Below are positions 5,039 through 13,735 of a stretch of 46,856 nt of DNA, one piece after another. Made by a program: the position numbers and the translations under genes. Within the stretch, counting starts at the first letter, position 1. Every line of letters starts with the position of its first letter. This DNA is from a virus. The stretch is from IMG/VR virus record IMGVR_UViG_3300016665_000380, positions 1 through 46,856 of that record; one strand, 5' to 3'. The notes under the pieces were generated by a model. The model searched no databases, was not told the origin of the DNA, and saw nothing but the letters and a program-made list of their open reading frames with translations.

Positions 5039-7921
5039 ATGGCACAGCAAACGATCAATGTTGGTGCGGCTCCGAACGATGGGACGGGAACGCCGCTTCG
5101 TACAGCGTTCCAGTACACGAACAGCAACTTCAGCGAGCTGTATGCTGCCCTAGGCGGTGGCTCCGGCCTGCCTGGATCTGCCAATCAGGTACTGTTCAAC
5201 AACGGCACTTCCATCGCCGGCGATGCCGGTATGACGTACAACCCTTCGACGGACACGATGACGCTCGTCAATTTGGTGCTGAGCGGCACGTTCGCCGCAC
5301 CGAATGGCAGCGTTCCTTCGTCGATCCGATCTGCCGCTAACAACCTGACTGCGGTGGCGTTTGATGGAGTCACCAGCGATTCTCGCGTTACCAGCACGCT
5401 CACCGGTCAGAATGTTGGCACCGGAGACTTCTCGGTTTGGAGCAGATTCCGTGTTCCTGCATCTACGAGTAGCCAGATTCGTCCTATGCTGGCCCTCTCG
5501 TCTAGTGCATCTAGCCCAAGTCAGGCTGAAAGCGTTCATCTGTTCATTGCAGCAACGGGCGAACTTTCGTTCCGACTGCTTGGTGCCACCACTTCTGACC
5601 TTCGCAATGCGAACGTTTCTGGATTTCTCGCTGCTTACACGGGTCAGGTTGTCGATGTTGTGGTTACTCGCACTGGAACCACTGTCAAAATCTACATCAA
5701 CGGCGTTGATACCGCGTTCACTGAAACCACAGGTGGAACTCCTCCTGCGTGGAGTGCGACTGTTACCTCAACCTTCTGCAATGTTGGTTTAGGTCTTGGC
5801 GGTGGAATTTACAACGAGCGGATTTATCGCACTGCCGTTTTCAATCGCGCTCTTGCTTCTTCTGAAGTTTCTTCGTTGATTCTGCTTGGAGTGTCTCCAG
5901 GCGACCAATGGGGAACTCAAAATGTTGTGTTCAATGCCACGTTTGCTGGAACCACTGACGGCTTTAGTGCCAATGGTGCAGGCGTTAGCGTCGCGTCTGT
6001 TTCAAACCAGCTTGAAGTCACTTCTACCACTCCAAACGGCGGTGGAACACTGAGAGGTTCTGTTCTTGCGTCTGGAAAAAATTTCAGAATTTCATTCAAG
6101 GCTAGACTCCAATCTGGAGACTGCATTGGAACTGTTCGCAGTGGAACAACTCAATGCAATACGATTGGCGCTACAACGACTTTGGGGTTCACTCCAACCT
6201 CTACTCTCACACAATACTCTTTCGAGTTTAACAACCCTGGAGATCCAACGCTTTATCTCAGGTTGTTCAATACCATCAACCCTTCTGTCGTTGAACTCGA
6301 TGACATCGTTCTGACTCGCATCGGTGCGTTCATCGACCTCGACTTCACTGTCGGTGGCGGACGAATCGCCTACGACCGTTCCACCAACAACCTGCACGGC
6401 GTTCTTTTCGGAGGTGCCGCTTGGAGCAGCCCGACCAACGCTCCCGACTCCCAGTCGGCCATTCGCGCTGCGGCGAGCGATTACGCTGCGGTGATGTTTG
6501 ATGGCACCACGGCATCGACGCGAGTTGTCTCCGGCTGCCAATCTCTTGGAACTGGCGACTTCAGTGTTTGGAATAGGATTCGAGTTCCAATGACCAATCC
6601 GACCGCAAGTGCCGGAGTGTTTTTCCTGTCTGACACTGATAATTCTGCAAATCGCGCAAATGCGTTTGTTGTTTATCTCACGTCAGCCGGCGCATTGCAG
6701 ATTCAGCGTTATGGCGCAACCACCGCTGACAATCGGCTTGCAACCATCAACAATTTCAGAAACGGGTATTCTGGTCAGGTTGTAGACATTGTTGTTACAC
6801 GTTCTGGAACAACTCTTAAAGTCTACGTTAACGGCGTCGATACGCCGTACAGCGAATCGACCGCTGGATCGGCTCCCCCGTGGTCCGACACTATTGTTTC
6901 GAGCTTTTACGGTGTTGGATGCATTAGCGGTGCTTCAAACACGATTTTTACCGGTCGGATCTTCCGCTCGGTTGTCTTCAACCGCGCTTTGTCCGCTGCT
7001 GACGTTACCGAGGTCATCACGACCGGCGTGAATCCGGCGGATCAATGGGGAAGCACCTCTTCTGTTTATTCGTCTAACTTCACCGCAGGAGTTGACTCGT
7101 TTAGCTCTTACATTGGAGGAACGGTTACTTTGACCGGAAATGAAACCGCCCCTGATGCTACGACTGGATGGCTGAAAGCTGTTCGCGCTGCGGCAGGCAC
7201 TGGCCGTATGGATATTTCCAGAGGCTCAGTTTTGCCTGCATTGGCAAAGCGTTATCGGGCCACTGCGTCCATCTACAATGTGGATTGCGGAACTCAGTTT
7301 TTTGGAATTCAGGCCGATCAGGCTGTTATCGTCACGGATACGCAGCAGGTTTCCAATGGAACCTCAGCTACGGTTACTCAAGAGTTTGTTTCTACCAGCA
7401 CTTCGACACTTCGGATTGGACCGATGTCAGCAGCTAGCATTGCGTTTGTATCTGCATTGGTTCCCAACGGCGCAACCTATTACGTCAAAAACATTACCGT
7501 TGTCCGAGTCGGTGCCATCGTGGACCTAGACTTCACTGTTGGGTGCGGATACCAGGCGCACGACCGCTCGACCAACGCGCTGCACGGGACGCTCTTCAAC
7601 GGCGTCGAGTTCTCGATTCCGAAGCGAGTCGCTGTGCTGTACGCGACGACCAACACCAACGGCAACCAGCAGATGCTCGGCACGTTGGCAATCCCCACCA
7701 ACGCCATCATCGAGGACATCATCGTCAACTCAACCGGCACTGCCACCGTGTCCATTGGCAACGCTTCCGCTGGCACCCAGATTGTCAACGGGGCCTCGGT
7801 CGTTGCTGGCAGACAGAAGCTGACGCTGGCGACTCCGTTCTCGACCACTGGCAACCTGTGGGTGAACAGCAACAGCACCGCCACGCTCCAGTTTACCATC
7901 CTCTACACCATCGCCTCCTGA
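5039..7921 (+). CDS. Tail fibre / receptor-binding protein with two tandem LamG-like modules
   Basis: The N-terminus (TINVGAAPNDGTGTPLRTAFQYTNSNFSELY) is the conserved opening of many phage tail fibres. There are two ~380-aa internal repeats with concanavalin/LamG-type strings (FDG.T...GTGDFSVW.R.RVP; GQVVD.VVTR.GTT.K.Y.NGVDT; VFNRAL). Confidence 0.8.
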   Translation: MAQQTINVGAAPNDGTGTPLRTAFQYTNSNFSELYAALGGGSGLPGSANQVLFNNGTSIAGDAGMTYNPSTDTMTLVNLVLSGTFAAPNGSVPSSIRSAANNLTAVAFDGVTSDSRVTSTLTGQNVGTGDFSVWSRFRVPASTSSQIRPMLALSSSASSPSQAESVHLFIAATGELSFRLLGATTSDLRNANVSGFLAAYTGQVVDVVVTRTGTTVKIYINGVDTAFTETTGGTPPAWSATVTSTFCNVGLGLGGGIYNERIYRTAVFNRALASSEVSSLILLGVSPGDQWGTQNVVFNATFAGTTDGFSANGAGVSVASVSNQLEVTSTTPNGGGTLRGSVLASGKNFRISFKARLQSGDCIGTVRSGTTQCNTIGATTTLGFTPTSTLTQYSFEFNNPGDPTLYLRLFNTINPSVVELDDIVLTRIGAFIDLDFTVGGGRIAYDRSTNNLHGVLFGGAAWSSPTNAPDSQSAIRAAASDYAAVMFDGTTASTRVVSGCQSLGTGDFSVWNRIRVPMTNPTASAGVFFLSDTDNSANRANAFVVYLTSAGALQIQRYGATTADNRLATINNFRNGYSGQVVDIVVTRSGTTLKVYVNGVDTPYSESTAGSAPPWSDTIVSSFYGVGCISGASNTIFTGRIFRSVVFNRALSAADVTEVITTGVNPADQWGSTSSVYSSNFTAGVDSFSSYIGGTVTLTGNETAPDATTGWLKAVRAAAGTGRMDISRGSVLPALAKRYRATASIYNVDCGTQFFGIQADQAVIVTDTQQVSNGTSATVTQEFVSTSTSTLRIGPMSAASIAFVSALVPNGATYYVKNITVVRVGAIVDLDFTVGCGYQAHDRSTNALHGTLFNGVEFSIPKRVAVLYATTNTNGNQQMLGTLAIPTNAIIEDIIVNSTGTATVSIGNASAGTQIVNGASVVAGRQKLTLATPFSTTGNLWVNSNSTATLQFTILYTIAS

Positions 7922-7922
7922 T

Positions 7923-8183
7923 ATGGACGAAATCATCCAACCTGATCCGGTTGTCACGGAAAGCGTGATGCCGACTGAACCGCAACCGGAAATCGTCACG
8001 TTTGACCCGCCCATTCAGGTCAATCCCAATGTCATAGCTGGTGACATGGTGGTTAAAACCGCCGAAATTGTTCAGCAGGCTGATGCATCCCAGGTCGTCG
8101 CCGTGATTTACGGCGATGGCCGGGTCATCGGGGTTCCGTTTGTTGACTCCAACGAGAACTCCATCAGGGTTGCCCTCAGCTAA
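7923..8183 (+). CDS. Hypothetical protein (86 aa)
   Basis: ORF track. It starts 2 nt after the fibre stop and is co-oriented. No motif recognised. Confidence 0.6.
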   Translation: MDEIIQPDPVVTESVMPTEPQPEIVTFDPPIQVNPNVIAGDMVVKTAEIVQQADASQVVAVIYGDGRVIGVPFVDSNENSIRVALS

Positions 8184-8191
8184 TTCGTCCA

Positions 8192-8380
8192 ATGACTGAC
8201 TCACACTTCATAAGGGACATCTCTGTGGGTGTTGGTGGGCCAGCCATTGGAATACTAGGAAGCGCGGTGTTCTCTGATCCGAACTTAAAGACGGCATCGC
8301 TTGCATTCGGTGCCATCGCCGCGCTTCTTGCTTGTGTTGCAAAGGCAATCGACATCTACAAGAAACTGAAAAACGATTAA
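8192..8380 (+). CDS. Holin-like two-TM protein
   Basis: 62 aa with two hydrophobic segments (VGVGGPAIGILGSAVF; ASLAFGAIAALLACVA) and a charged tail (KKLKND). Confidence 0.55.
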   Translation: MTDSHFIRDISVGVGGPAIGILGSAVFSDPNLKTASLAFGAIAALLACVAKAIDIYKKLKND

Positions 8381-8562
8381 TGAACCCTAACCTGTCCTCT
8401 CTCATCCGCCACATCCTCACCGCTGCTGGCGGTTTTCTCGTCGCCAAAGGTCTGGCTAGTGCCGATCAGATTGGTGAACTTGCCGGTGCTGTTGTCAGCA
8501 TCATTGGCGTCACCTGGGCAATCTTGAAGAACAAGAAGGATTCTGCCTCTAAGGCCGAATGA
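8380..8562 (+). CDS. Second holin-like two-TM protein
   Basis: Track ORF 8332..8562. The ATG at 8380 overlaps the upstream stop (TAATG). It has two hydrophobic segments (LIRHILTAAGGFLVAKGL; LAGAVVSIIGVTWAIL) and a charged tail (KNKKDSASKAE). Confidence 0.55.
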   Translation: MNPNLSSLIRHILTAAGGFLVAKGLASADQIGELAGAVVSIIGVTWAILKNKKDSASKAE

Positions 8563-8714
8563 ACTTCTTGGCCGACCTAGTGATGAAGCTGGTCATCTGG
8601 CTTCATTCTCTGACGACCAAAGATACGCCAAGCGAAGATGCCAAGAAACAACCAGATCTTAAGCGCAGCCTTCTTGATCGTGTTCGCGAGCATGAGCGTG
8701 AGCTGCGCAAGTAG
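8559..8714 (+). CDS. Possible 51-aa N-terminally anchored protein (i-spanin-like arrangement)
   Basis: Hand-translated: the ATG at 8559 overlaps the upstream TGA (ATGA), and AAGG lies 4 nt upstream. The sequence is MNFLADLVMKLVIWLHSL followed by a charged helix (KRSLLDRVREHERELRK). Its 3' end overlaps 8638..8862 in another frame. Confidence 0.35.
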   Translation: MNFLADLVMKLVIWLHSLTTKDTPSEDAKKQPDLKRSLLDRVREHERELRK

Positions 8715-8862
8715 GGTCATCTACGTTCCGCATGGAGAGCCAGTGCGCCTTGCCGAGAACGTGAAGGCCAAGGTTTGGGTTGTTGACGCCAGCGGCAAAA
8801 CTGTGCGTAGTAATAACCGCATCACCATCCATGAAGGCTGGTATGCGTTGCCAAAGGAATGA
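8638..8862 (+). CDS. Secreted or lipoprotein-like small protein (o-spanin-like position)
   Basis: ORF track. It has an N-terminal signal-like segment (LSAAFLIVFASMSVSCAS) with a Cys at the end of the hydrophobic run, though the lipobox is not canonical. It starts inside the preceding small ORF. Confidence 0.5.
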   Translation: MPRNNQILSAAFLIVFASMSVSCASRVIYVPHGEPVRLAENVKAKVWVVDASGKTVRSNNRITIHEGWYALPKE

Positions 8863-9026
8863 GCTACAACGCACCCTACAAATGTTCTCCGCCTGTTTCC
8901 CGATCAGGTGGCGGAAGCGGACCTTACAAACAGTCGCCGCCTCCGAAGCCTCCGGTGAAACCTGTTCCTAAGCCGGTTCCGAGCGGAAGCGGACCTTACG
9001 GAAGCGGTCCGTATCGCGGCAAATGA
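8859..9026 (+). CDS. Possible 55-aa proline-rich peptide
   Basis: Hand-translated: the ATG at 8859 overlaps the upstream TGA. The sequence is MSYNAPYKCSPPVSRSGGGSGPYKQSPPPKPPVKPVPKPVPSGSGPYGSGPYRGK. It ends 13 nt before a strong terminator hairpin. It has no signal peptide. Confidence 0.3.
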   Translation: MSYNAPYKCSPPVSRSGGGSGPYKQSPPPKPPVKPVPKPVPSGSGPYGSGPYRGK

Positions 9027-9038
9027 TTTGAAACGAAA

Positions 9039-9070
9039 ATCCCCCGGTGGCTTTGAAACCATCGGGGGAT
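9039..9070. terminator. Bidirectional terminator between convergent operons
   Basis: atcccccggtgg-ctttgaaa-ccatcgggggat (12-bp stem with one G.U). T-rich runs flank it on both strands. It sits between the plus-strand block ending at 9026 and the minus-strand gene ending at 9091. Confidence 0.75.
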
Positions 9071-9090
9071 AATTGTTTCTAGGATGATCG

Positions 9091-10290
9091 TCAGCGTCCT
9101 AACGATTTCATCACGCTGGCAACGAAGTCTTCGCTCTTCGCAGCGTTCGTGTTCGCAGGTCGAGAACCTCCGCCGGTAGTCGCCTTCGAGGTAACCCCAG
9201 GTTCGCTGCCACGATACTTTGCCAGTTCGGCTTGGAGCCGCTTGTTCACCTCGACCTGAGCATAGAGAAGCTCCCGGTATTTCGGCGCAGCAGCAGCCCA
9301 AAGAGCGGCCTTGGCGAGGTCTTCCTCGCTGTTCTCACCGTTGAAGATTTGCTGGGCGAGACTCAGACGCTGGTTCAGCTCGTTGTTCCATTCCTCGTCA
9401 TTCTCTCGCGGCTCAAAAATCTCCAGCGCGCGAGCGTTCTCGCTGACCTTCTGCCAAGTCTTGGTGGCCTGCTCAAGAGCAGCCTTGGTGTTTGTTTCGC
9501 TGTCCTGCTGATAGCGCGCGAGGATGGCGTCGTAATCAGCTTTGGCCTCGGAGATTTCAGCCGCACGCTCGCCGTTGATTTCCTCGTACTTGACGATCAA
9601 CGCACCGAGCTTGGCCTTCTTGGCAGGCGAAAGACCTTCCACAATGTCGTCGATCTGCGAGTTGCGATAATCGCTCTCAGGCGACTTAAGTAGGCCAACA
9701 AGTCGCTCTCCCTCAGTGCCGACAAGGCTCTTCACCGAATCGAACACGCCGTTGATCTTGCCCTCGTACTTCTTGATGAACTCAGGGTGACGCTCAACAT
9801 CGAGAAGGCGAACACGCTCGGAAAGAGAATCACGCTCTTCTTGCAACGCCTTGAGCTGCGCTTCGTAATCAGGATTCGCAGCTTTGCCAGCCTTCAGCTC
9901 TTCCAATTGCTTGGCCAACTGCGCTTTCTCTTCCTTGATCTTGCGAAAAGCATCGGCTGCTTTCGTGGACTTGATCGTCTCGGGAATATCGGAATCAGCA
10001 TCCGTAGAATTCGGAACGTCGGAGGCAGCTTCCGCTTGCTTCTTCGTGCCGAACATCCGCTCGATGTCCTTCTCGGCCTTCGTCAGCTTCGAGTCATTGG
10101 TGGCCTTAGCCTCAGGCTTGGCCTTCTGCTGCTTCTTCGGCTCCTCAGTAACCTGAGCGGCAGAATTTGCAGAGTCCTCGGCAGAAGCGGCGTCTTCAAG
10201 ACCACTGGCCTTAAAAGCGTCGATGAACGAGTTCCCAAAGTCGGGAGGAGTGGCGGTGTTAACGAGGGGAGAATTCAACGGTTCGTCCAT
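9091..10290 (-). CDS. Scaffolding-like protein
   Basis: 399 aa, acidic, Ala/Glu/Lys-rich with long predicted coiled coils (KEEKAQLAKQLEELKAGK...LKALQEERDSLSERVRLL). It is the last gene of the terminase-portal operon. Confidence 0.6.
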   Translation of the reverse strand: MDEPLNSPLVNTATPPDFGNSFIDAFKASGLEDAASAEDSANSAAQVTEEPKKQQKAKPEAKATNDSKLTKAEKDIERMFGTKKQAEAASDVPNSTDADSDIPETIKSTKAADAFRKIKEEKAQLAKQLEELKAGKAANPDYEAQLKALQEERDSLSERVRLLDVERHPEFIKKYEGKINGVFDSVKSLVGTEGERLVGLLKSPESDYRNSQIDDIVEGLSPAKKAKLGALIVKYEEINGERAAEISEAKADYDAILARYQQDSETNTKAALEQATKTWQKVSENARALEIFEPRENDEEWNNELNQRLSLAQQIFNGENSEEDLAKAALWAAAAPKYRELLYAQVEVNKRLQAELAKYRGSEPGVTSKATTGGGSRPANTNAAKSEDFVASVMKSLGR

Positions 10291-10303
10291 GGTTTATTTT
10301 TGG

Positions 10304-10579
10304 TTAGTATTGCTTTTCAAAAGTTGCTTCAGGTTCTTTCGATGTTTCAGTAACTGACAATTTTCGAAGGTTTTCAAGACAATGAGCGTAACCGGCGGTT
10401 ACACCGGCAGCGAAAATGATGTCAGATTCTTTGCTTCCATGAGACGGCATCGGAACCGGCATTGATTCGGAAACGATTCGGATGGCCATTCTAAGGATCG
10501 GGTTTTGAAAGATCTTCGCTAGTTCCGCGCTTTCACCGCTTGTCATCCAGCCCGACAGATTCACCTCCGGCAGATTCAT
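10304..10579 (-). CDS. Hypothetical protein (start uncertain)
   Basis: Track ORF 10304..10627 overlaps the upstream gene. Internal ATGs at 10579 (MNLPEV) or 10546 (MTSGES) reduce the overlap. No motif recognised. Confidence 0.5.
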   Translation of the reverse strand: MNLPEVNLSGWMTSGESAELAKIFQNPILRMAIRIVSESMPVPMPSHGSKESDIIFAAGVTAGYAHCLENLRKLSVTETSKEPEATFEKQY

Positions 10580-11912
10580 CAGGTCCTGCTTCGGCGTTTT
10601 CGTTGAGCCTCTTAGCCAGTTCATCATACTTTGATTTCTTGTTACGTTTCAGTTTGTGTCTCTGGGGAATCGGATCGAGAACGTCATCCAGCTTGGGAGG
10701 GTTCTCCTTGTTGACGACATCGCGCTTCGGTCGAATCACCTTCGTCACCTCAAGCATGTCGGCCAGCGGCAGCTTGATGTACCCGCAATCAACGTCGTTG
10801 ATACCGTACGACACAACGAACTGATTCTTTGCGCTGTCGAAAAACGCTCCGCACGGGAAGACGACGGCAGGAAGTCCGGGCCACCAGTCCTGCTGATTCG
10901 TGCCGCTCAAAATCGGCAGCGTCGTCATGCGGACGATGCGGAACGGAGCCTTCGCTTCGAAGGCGTACGCGCCCATGTAGTAACGCCGCTTCTGATTGAT
11001 CCACGGCAATGAGCTGTGAAAAAAGGTCCAGTAAAGACCATCGACAAGAATCGGGTTTGAGCCGCCTCGAACCTCGCCGAATTTCCAGAGCGGATTGAAC
11101 TCCTCGGTGACGTACTCAGCTTCCTTCTCAAGACGCCCATTGAGGCGCACAACCACATGGGGGTTGGCTGAGTACACCATGTGTGGCGCGTTGTCGTGAA
11201 CGAAGTACAGCCAGTTCTTTTCGTGGCCGTCGTTCACCATCGCCTGCGCCAGATTGTTTCCGTAAATCGTATCGAATCGACCAATGTTGAGGAACTGCTT
11301 GTCCAGCAGGAACATGCCCTGGTGGGCATACGACTTGAACGGAATGAACGTGCAGCAGCTCAGCCCATACTTGTCGCCAAACTTCACCACGCGCGGATCT
11401 TCGAACTGTTCATTCGGATAGTGCGCGGTGAGATTCAACAACGCCTTTTTTGTGGCTCGCAAATCTTTGCTCAGCTCGAAGACAACGATGTCGTTCTTCT
11501 CGACGTAAACGTCCTCATCCTTCTCGCGCTTGTTACGGCAGCGACGAGCGAAGAGCAGAATCCTGCCATCCGGTTCCTGCATGATTGCAGGATTGAAGTA
11601 GTACGTTCCGGTTTCCTCGGGCAGCACGATCTTGCCAACTTCCCAGTCAACTTGATCGGCCAACTTCGGCACATCGTTCTTTGCGTAGCTCATTAGGAAT
11701 TCCGCTGCGAATTTGATTTCGTCGTACAGAGCAAGCCAGTGGTCGCGCTCTTCGCGCACCTCAGTCAGATGCTCCTCATGTTCTTTGGTTCGAATCTCAA
11801 GTGTCTTCTGAAGATCCTCGATCTGCATCAGCAGGTCTGCTTGACCATCCCCGCCATTTGCAAACCGCTTGAGAGCTTTGAGTGACAGTTCACGGATGAT
11901 GTCTTTCATCAA
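10533..11912 (-). CDS. Coiled-coil + five-bladed-propeller protein of GH130/DUF377 type (glycoside phosphorylase/transferase-like)
   Basis: Strings typical of the family appear in order: YFNPAI, GRILLFARR, FEDPRVV, HEKNWLYF, RGGSNPILV, YYMGAYAF, VVFPCGAFF, VSYGINDV. Its ATG overlaps the upstream stop (ATGA). Confidence 0.6.
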   Translation of the reverse strand: MMKDIIRELSLKALKRFANGGDGQADLLMQIEDLQKTLEIRTKEHEEHLTEVREERDHWLALYDEIKFAAEFLMSYAKNDVPKLADQVDWEVGKIVLPEETGTYYFNPAIMQEPDGRILLFARRCRNKREKDEDVYVEKNDIVVFELSKDLRATKKALLNLTAHYPNEQFEDPRVVKFGDKYGLSCCTFIPFKSYAHQGMFLLDKQFLNIGRFDTIYGNNLAQAMVNDGHEKNWLYFVHDNAPHMVYSANPHVVVRLNGRLEKEAEYVTEEFNPLWKFGEVRGGSNPILVDGLYWTFFHSSLPWINQKRRYYMGAYAFEAKAPFRIVRMTTLPILSGTNQQDWWPGLPAVVFPCGAFFDSAKNQFVVSYGINDVDCGYIKLPLADMLEVTKVIRPKRDVVNKENPPKLDDVLDPIPQRHKLKRNKKSKYDELAKRLNENAEAGPDESAGGESVGLDDKR

Positions 11913-12538
11913 GGATACAAGTTTGTGTTCTCTTGCGTCGCCAGCCTCGGAAGAACTCCGTAGAAGTTCATTCTAGGCATCGAGTCAACCAGCATTTGGA
12001 TGTCGATTGGACTCCAAACCTTCTGGTTGGTTTCGAGGAGTTTGCATGCTCCCTCGTAGTTTACAAGGTAAGCATGCGTACACATGCCTCGAACGAGCTT
12101 GTAGAGGTTTGAACCGATGTACTTGTGGTCTTCCAGAGGATCAGCGCAGCAACTTCCGATGTAGACGACATGCCAGTCTTTCGGAAGAAAGACCAAGTTT
12201 TCCGCCAACTTTGCCTTCCAATCTAAACAAGTGAACTCAACGTCATCCTCAACGATCAGGAACGTGCGATGATCGGTTGTTTTCGCCTCAACCATCCACT
12301 TGATGGCCGACCAGACAGCGAAGTGGCTCAATCCTGCGACGATGGTTTTGACCTTCGCCTTCTCCTTCTCGCGCGTGTGGTAGTAGTCGGTCGAGATGCC
12401 GCAGTTGTGTGCCTTAAATCCGTACATCGGAACCGCATCGATTCCGAAGGTCTTCATGTAGCGGATGCAGCGTTTCTCCTTCTCCCCACCAGGGTTGGAA
12501 ACGATGAAGCAGGGAGTCTTTTCGAGGTCCAATTTCAT
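11909..12538 (-). CDS. GT25-like glycosyltransferase (copy 2)
   Basis: AGLSHFAVW, FLIVEDDVEF and DWHVVYIGSCCA match the GT25 (LPS/collagen galactosyltransferase family) layout. It is paralogous to 13130..13732, sharing GSCCA, CTH.Y.V and PID.QM. Confidence 0.7.
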   Translation of the reverse strand: MKLDLEKTPCFIVSNPGGEKEKRCIRYMKTFGIDAVPMYGFKAHNCGISTDYYHTREKEKAKVKTIVAGLSHFAVWSAIKWMVEAKTTDHRTFLIVEDDVEFTCLDWKAKLAENLVFLPKDWHVVYIGSCCADPLEDHKYIGSNLYKLVRGMCTHAYLVNYEGACKLLETNQKVWSPIDIQMLVDSMPRMNFYGVLPRLATQENTNLYP

Positions 12539-13125
12539 CGGTTGGGAAGGATGTAGATGATTCCGCGACGCGCGCCAGTCGCCCTGCTCGGGTGGTTGTA
12601 GTAGAAACTGTAGCCGTACTTCTGGGTCAGCGTTTTTGCACGGTAAATCGCGTCCAGCTTCTCCTTGATGTAGCCGAAACAGATATCGTGTCCGCCATAG
12701 CTGTCGTATCCAAGCTGGCCCGTAGGCTCCTTGAAATCATGGATGGCAATGACCGGATGCAGATCGTATCGGTTGATGGCCTCAAGCTCTTCAAGCAGCG
12801 GCAGATAGTCGTTCCAATGTGCGTCGAGAAAGAAGATCGTGTCGTGTCCAACCCCGTTGTGCGGGATGAACCAGTTCATGCAGGCATCGCTGCTGCCCTC
12901 GAACATCTCAACATAGACGTTCTCACGCTTGAACCGCTCCTTCGCCTTCTCAACACGATCATGGTCAAGCTCGCACGAAACAACCTTCAGGAAGTTCTTG
13001 GCCAACCAGACGGTTGTATCTCCCTCGTGTGTTCCGGTTTCGACAGCGGTCGTCAGATCGAACCGTTCCTTGAGGTAAAGAAACTCTTGTTCGATGAACG
13101 TGTCTCCATTGAAAGGTGAACCCAT
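12535..13125 (-). CDS. Class I SAM-dependent methyltransferase fold, CmcI/sugar O-methyltransferase-like
   Basis: The track ORF starts at a TTG (13164). The first ATG, at 13125, lies 4 nt after the upstream stop. VETGTHEGDTT serves as motif I, with FFLDAHW and AIHDF downstream. Confidence 0.65.
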   Translation of the reverse strand: MGSPFNGDTFIEQEFLYLKERFDLTTAVETGTHEGDTTVWLAKNFLKVVSCELDHDRVEKAKERFKRENVYVEMFEGSSDACMNWFIPHNGVGHDTIFFLDAHWNDYLPLLEELEAINRYDLHPVIAIHDFKEPTGQLGYDSYGGHDICFGYIKEKLDAIYRAKTLTQKYGYSFYYNHPSRATGARRGIIYILPNR

Positions 13126-13129
13126 AATT

Positions 13130-13732
13130 TTAGTCGGCCAGAGGACAGTCTTCTTGATCGGCAACGCGCGGAAAAATCGTGAAGCACTTCAAGCGTTCGC
13201 GGCTCTTGAAGTACATCTGCAAGTCGATAGGCGCGAACACCTCTTCATTCGTCTCAATCAGAATCTTCAACGCTTTCTTGCGAACGATGTAGCAGTGCGT
13301 ACACAGCGGCATCCCCTCGAACAAGTTGAAGTCAATCTGCTGACGCATTTTCCCGACTGCGCAGCATGATCCTGGATAGAGGATGTCCCAATCCTCAGGC
13401 AGCTTTGTCAGCGCACGTTCAATCGTTTCACTCCAATTCGGACGGAACACGATATCGTCCTCCAGAATCATCACCATGTCGGGTGTTGTCGGATCGAAAT
13501 CCAACGCATTCCAGAGCATCCAATGGGACATGCTGCACCCGACATGCTTCGCCCCAATCAGATAACCAGAACCCGGGCTATCAACCTCGTAAGGAATGCT
13601 AGCCTTCAGGCCAGAGCGTTGCCCGTTGAGTCCGTAGAAGATGCGGTAATCCGTGATTCCGGCGGAATCAAGATTTGCTTGTAAACGCGAAATGCGCGGA
13701 GAGCCGCGCATCGTGATAACAACCGTTTGCAC
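13130..13732 (-). CDS. GT25-like glycosyltransferase (copy 1)
   Basis: VVITMRGSPRISRL, KHVGCSMSHWMLW, MVMILEDDIVF and DWDILYPGSCCA match the GT25 consensus layout. The GTG start lies 3 nt after the upstream stop. Confidence 0.75.
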   Translation of the reverse strand: MQTVVITMRGSPRISRLQANLDSAGITDYRIFYGLNGQRSGLKASIPYEVDSPGSGYLIGAKHVGCSMSHWMLWNALDFDPTTPDMVMILEDDIVFRPNWSETIERALTKLPEDWDILYPGSCCAVGKMRQQIDFNLFEGMPLCTHCYIVRKKALKILIETNEEVFAPIDLQMYFKSRERLKCFTIFPRVADQEDCPLAD

Positions 13733-13735
13733 GGG

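Noticed and set aside
5321-7621. Tail-fibre internal repeats considered as a diversity-generating retroelement (template/variable repeat pair)
   Set aside because: No reverse transcriptase is present anywhere in the genome. The two copies are both coding parts of one ORF and are diverged throughout rather than at adenine-specific sites, as far as can be judged by eye.
9787-10353. 188-aa plus-strand ORF opposite the scaffolding gene, plus several 60-150-aa ORFs opposite terL, the GT/MT genes and the helicase
   Set aside because: They are antisense shadows with Leu/Arg/Ser-rich composition. They interrupt no intergenic space and conflict with motif-bearing genes on the other strand.
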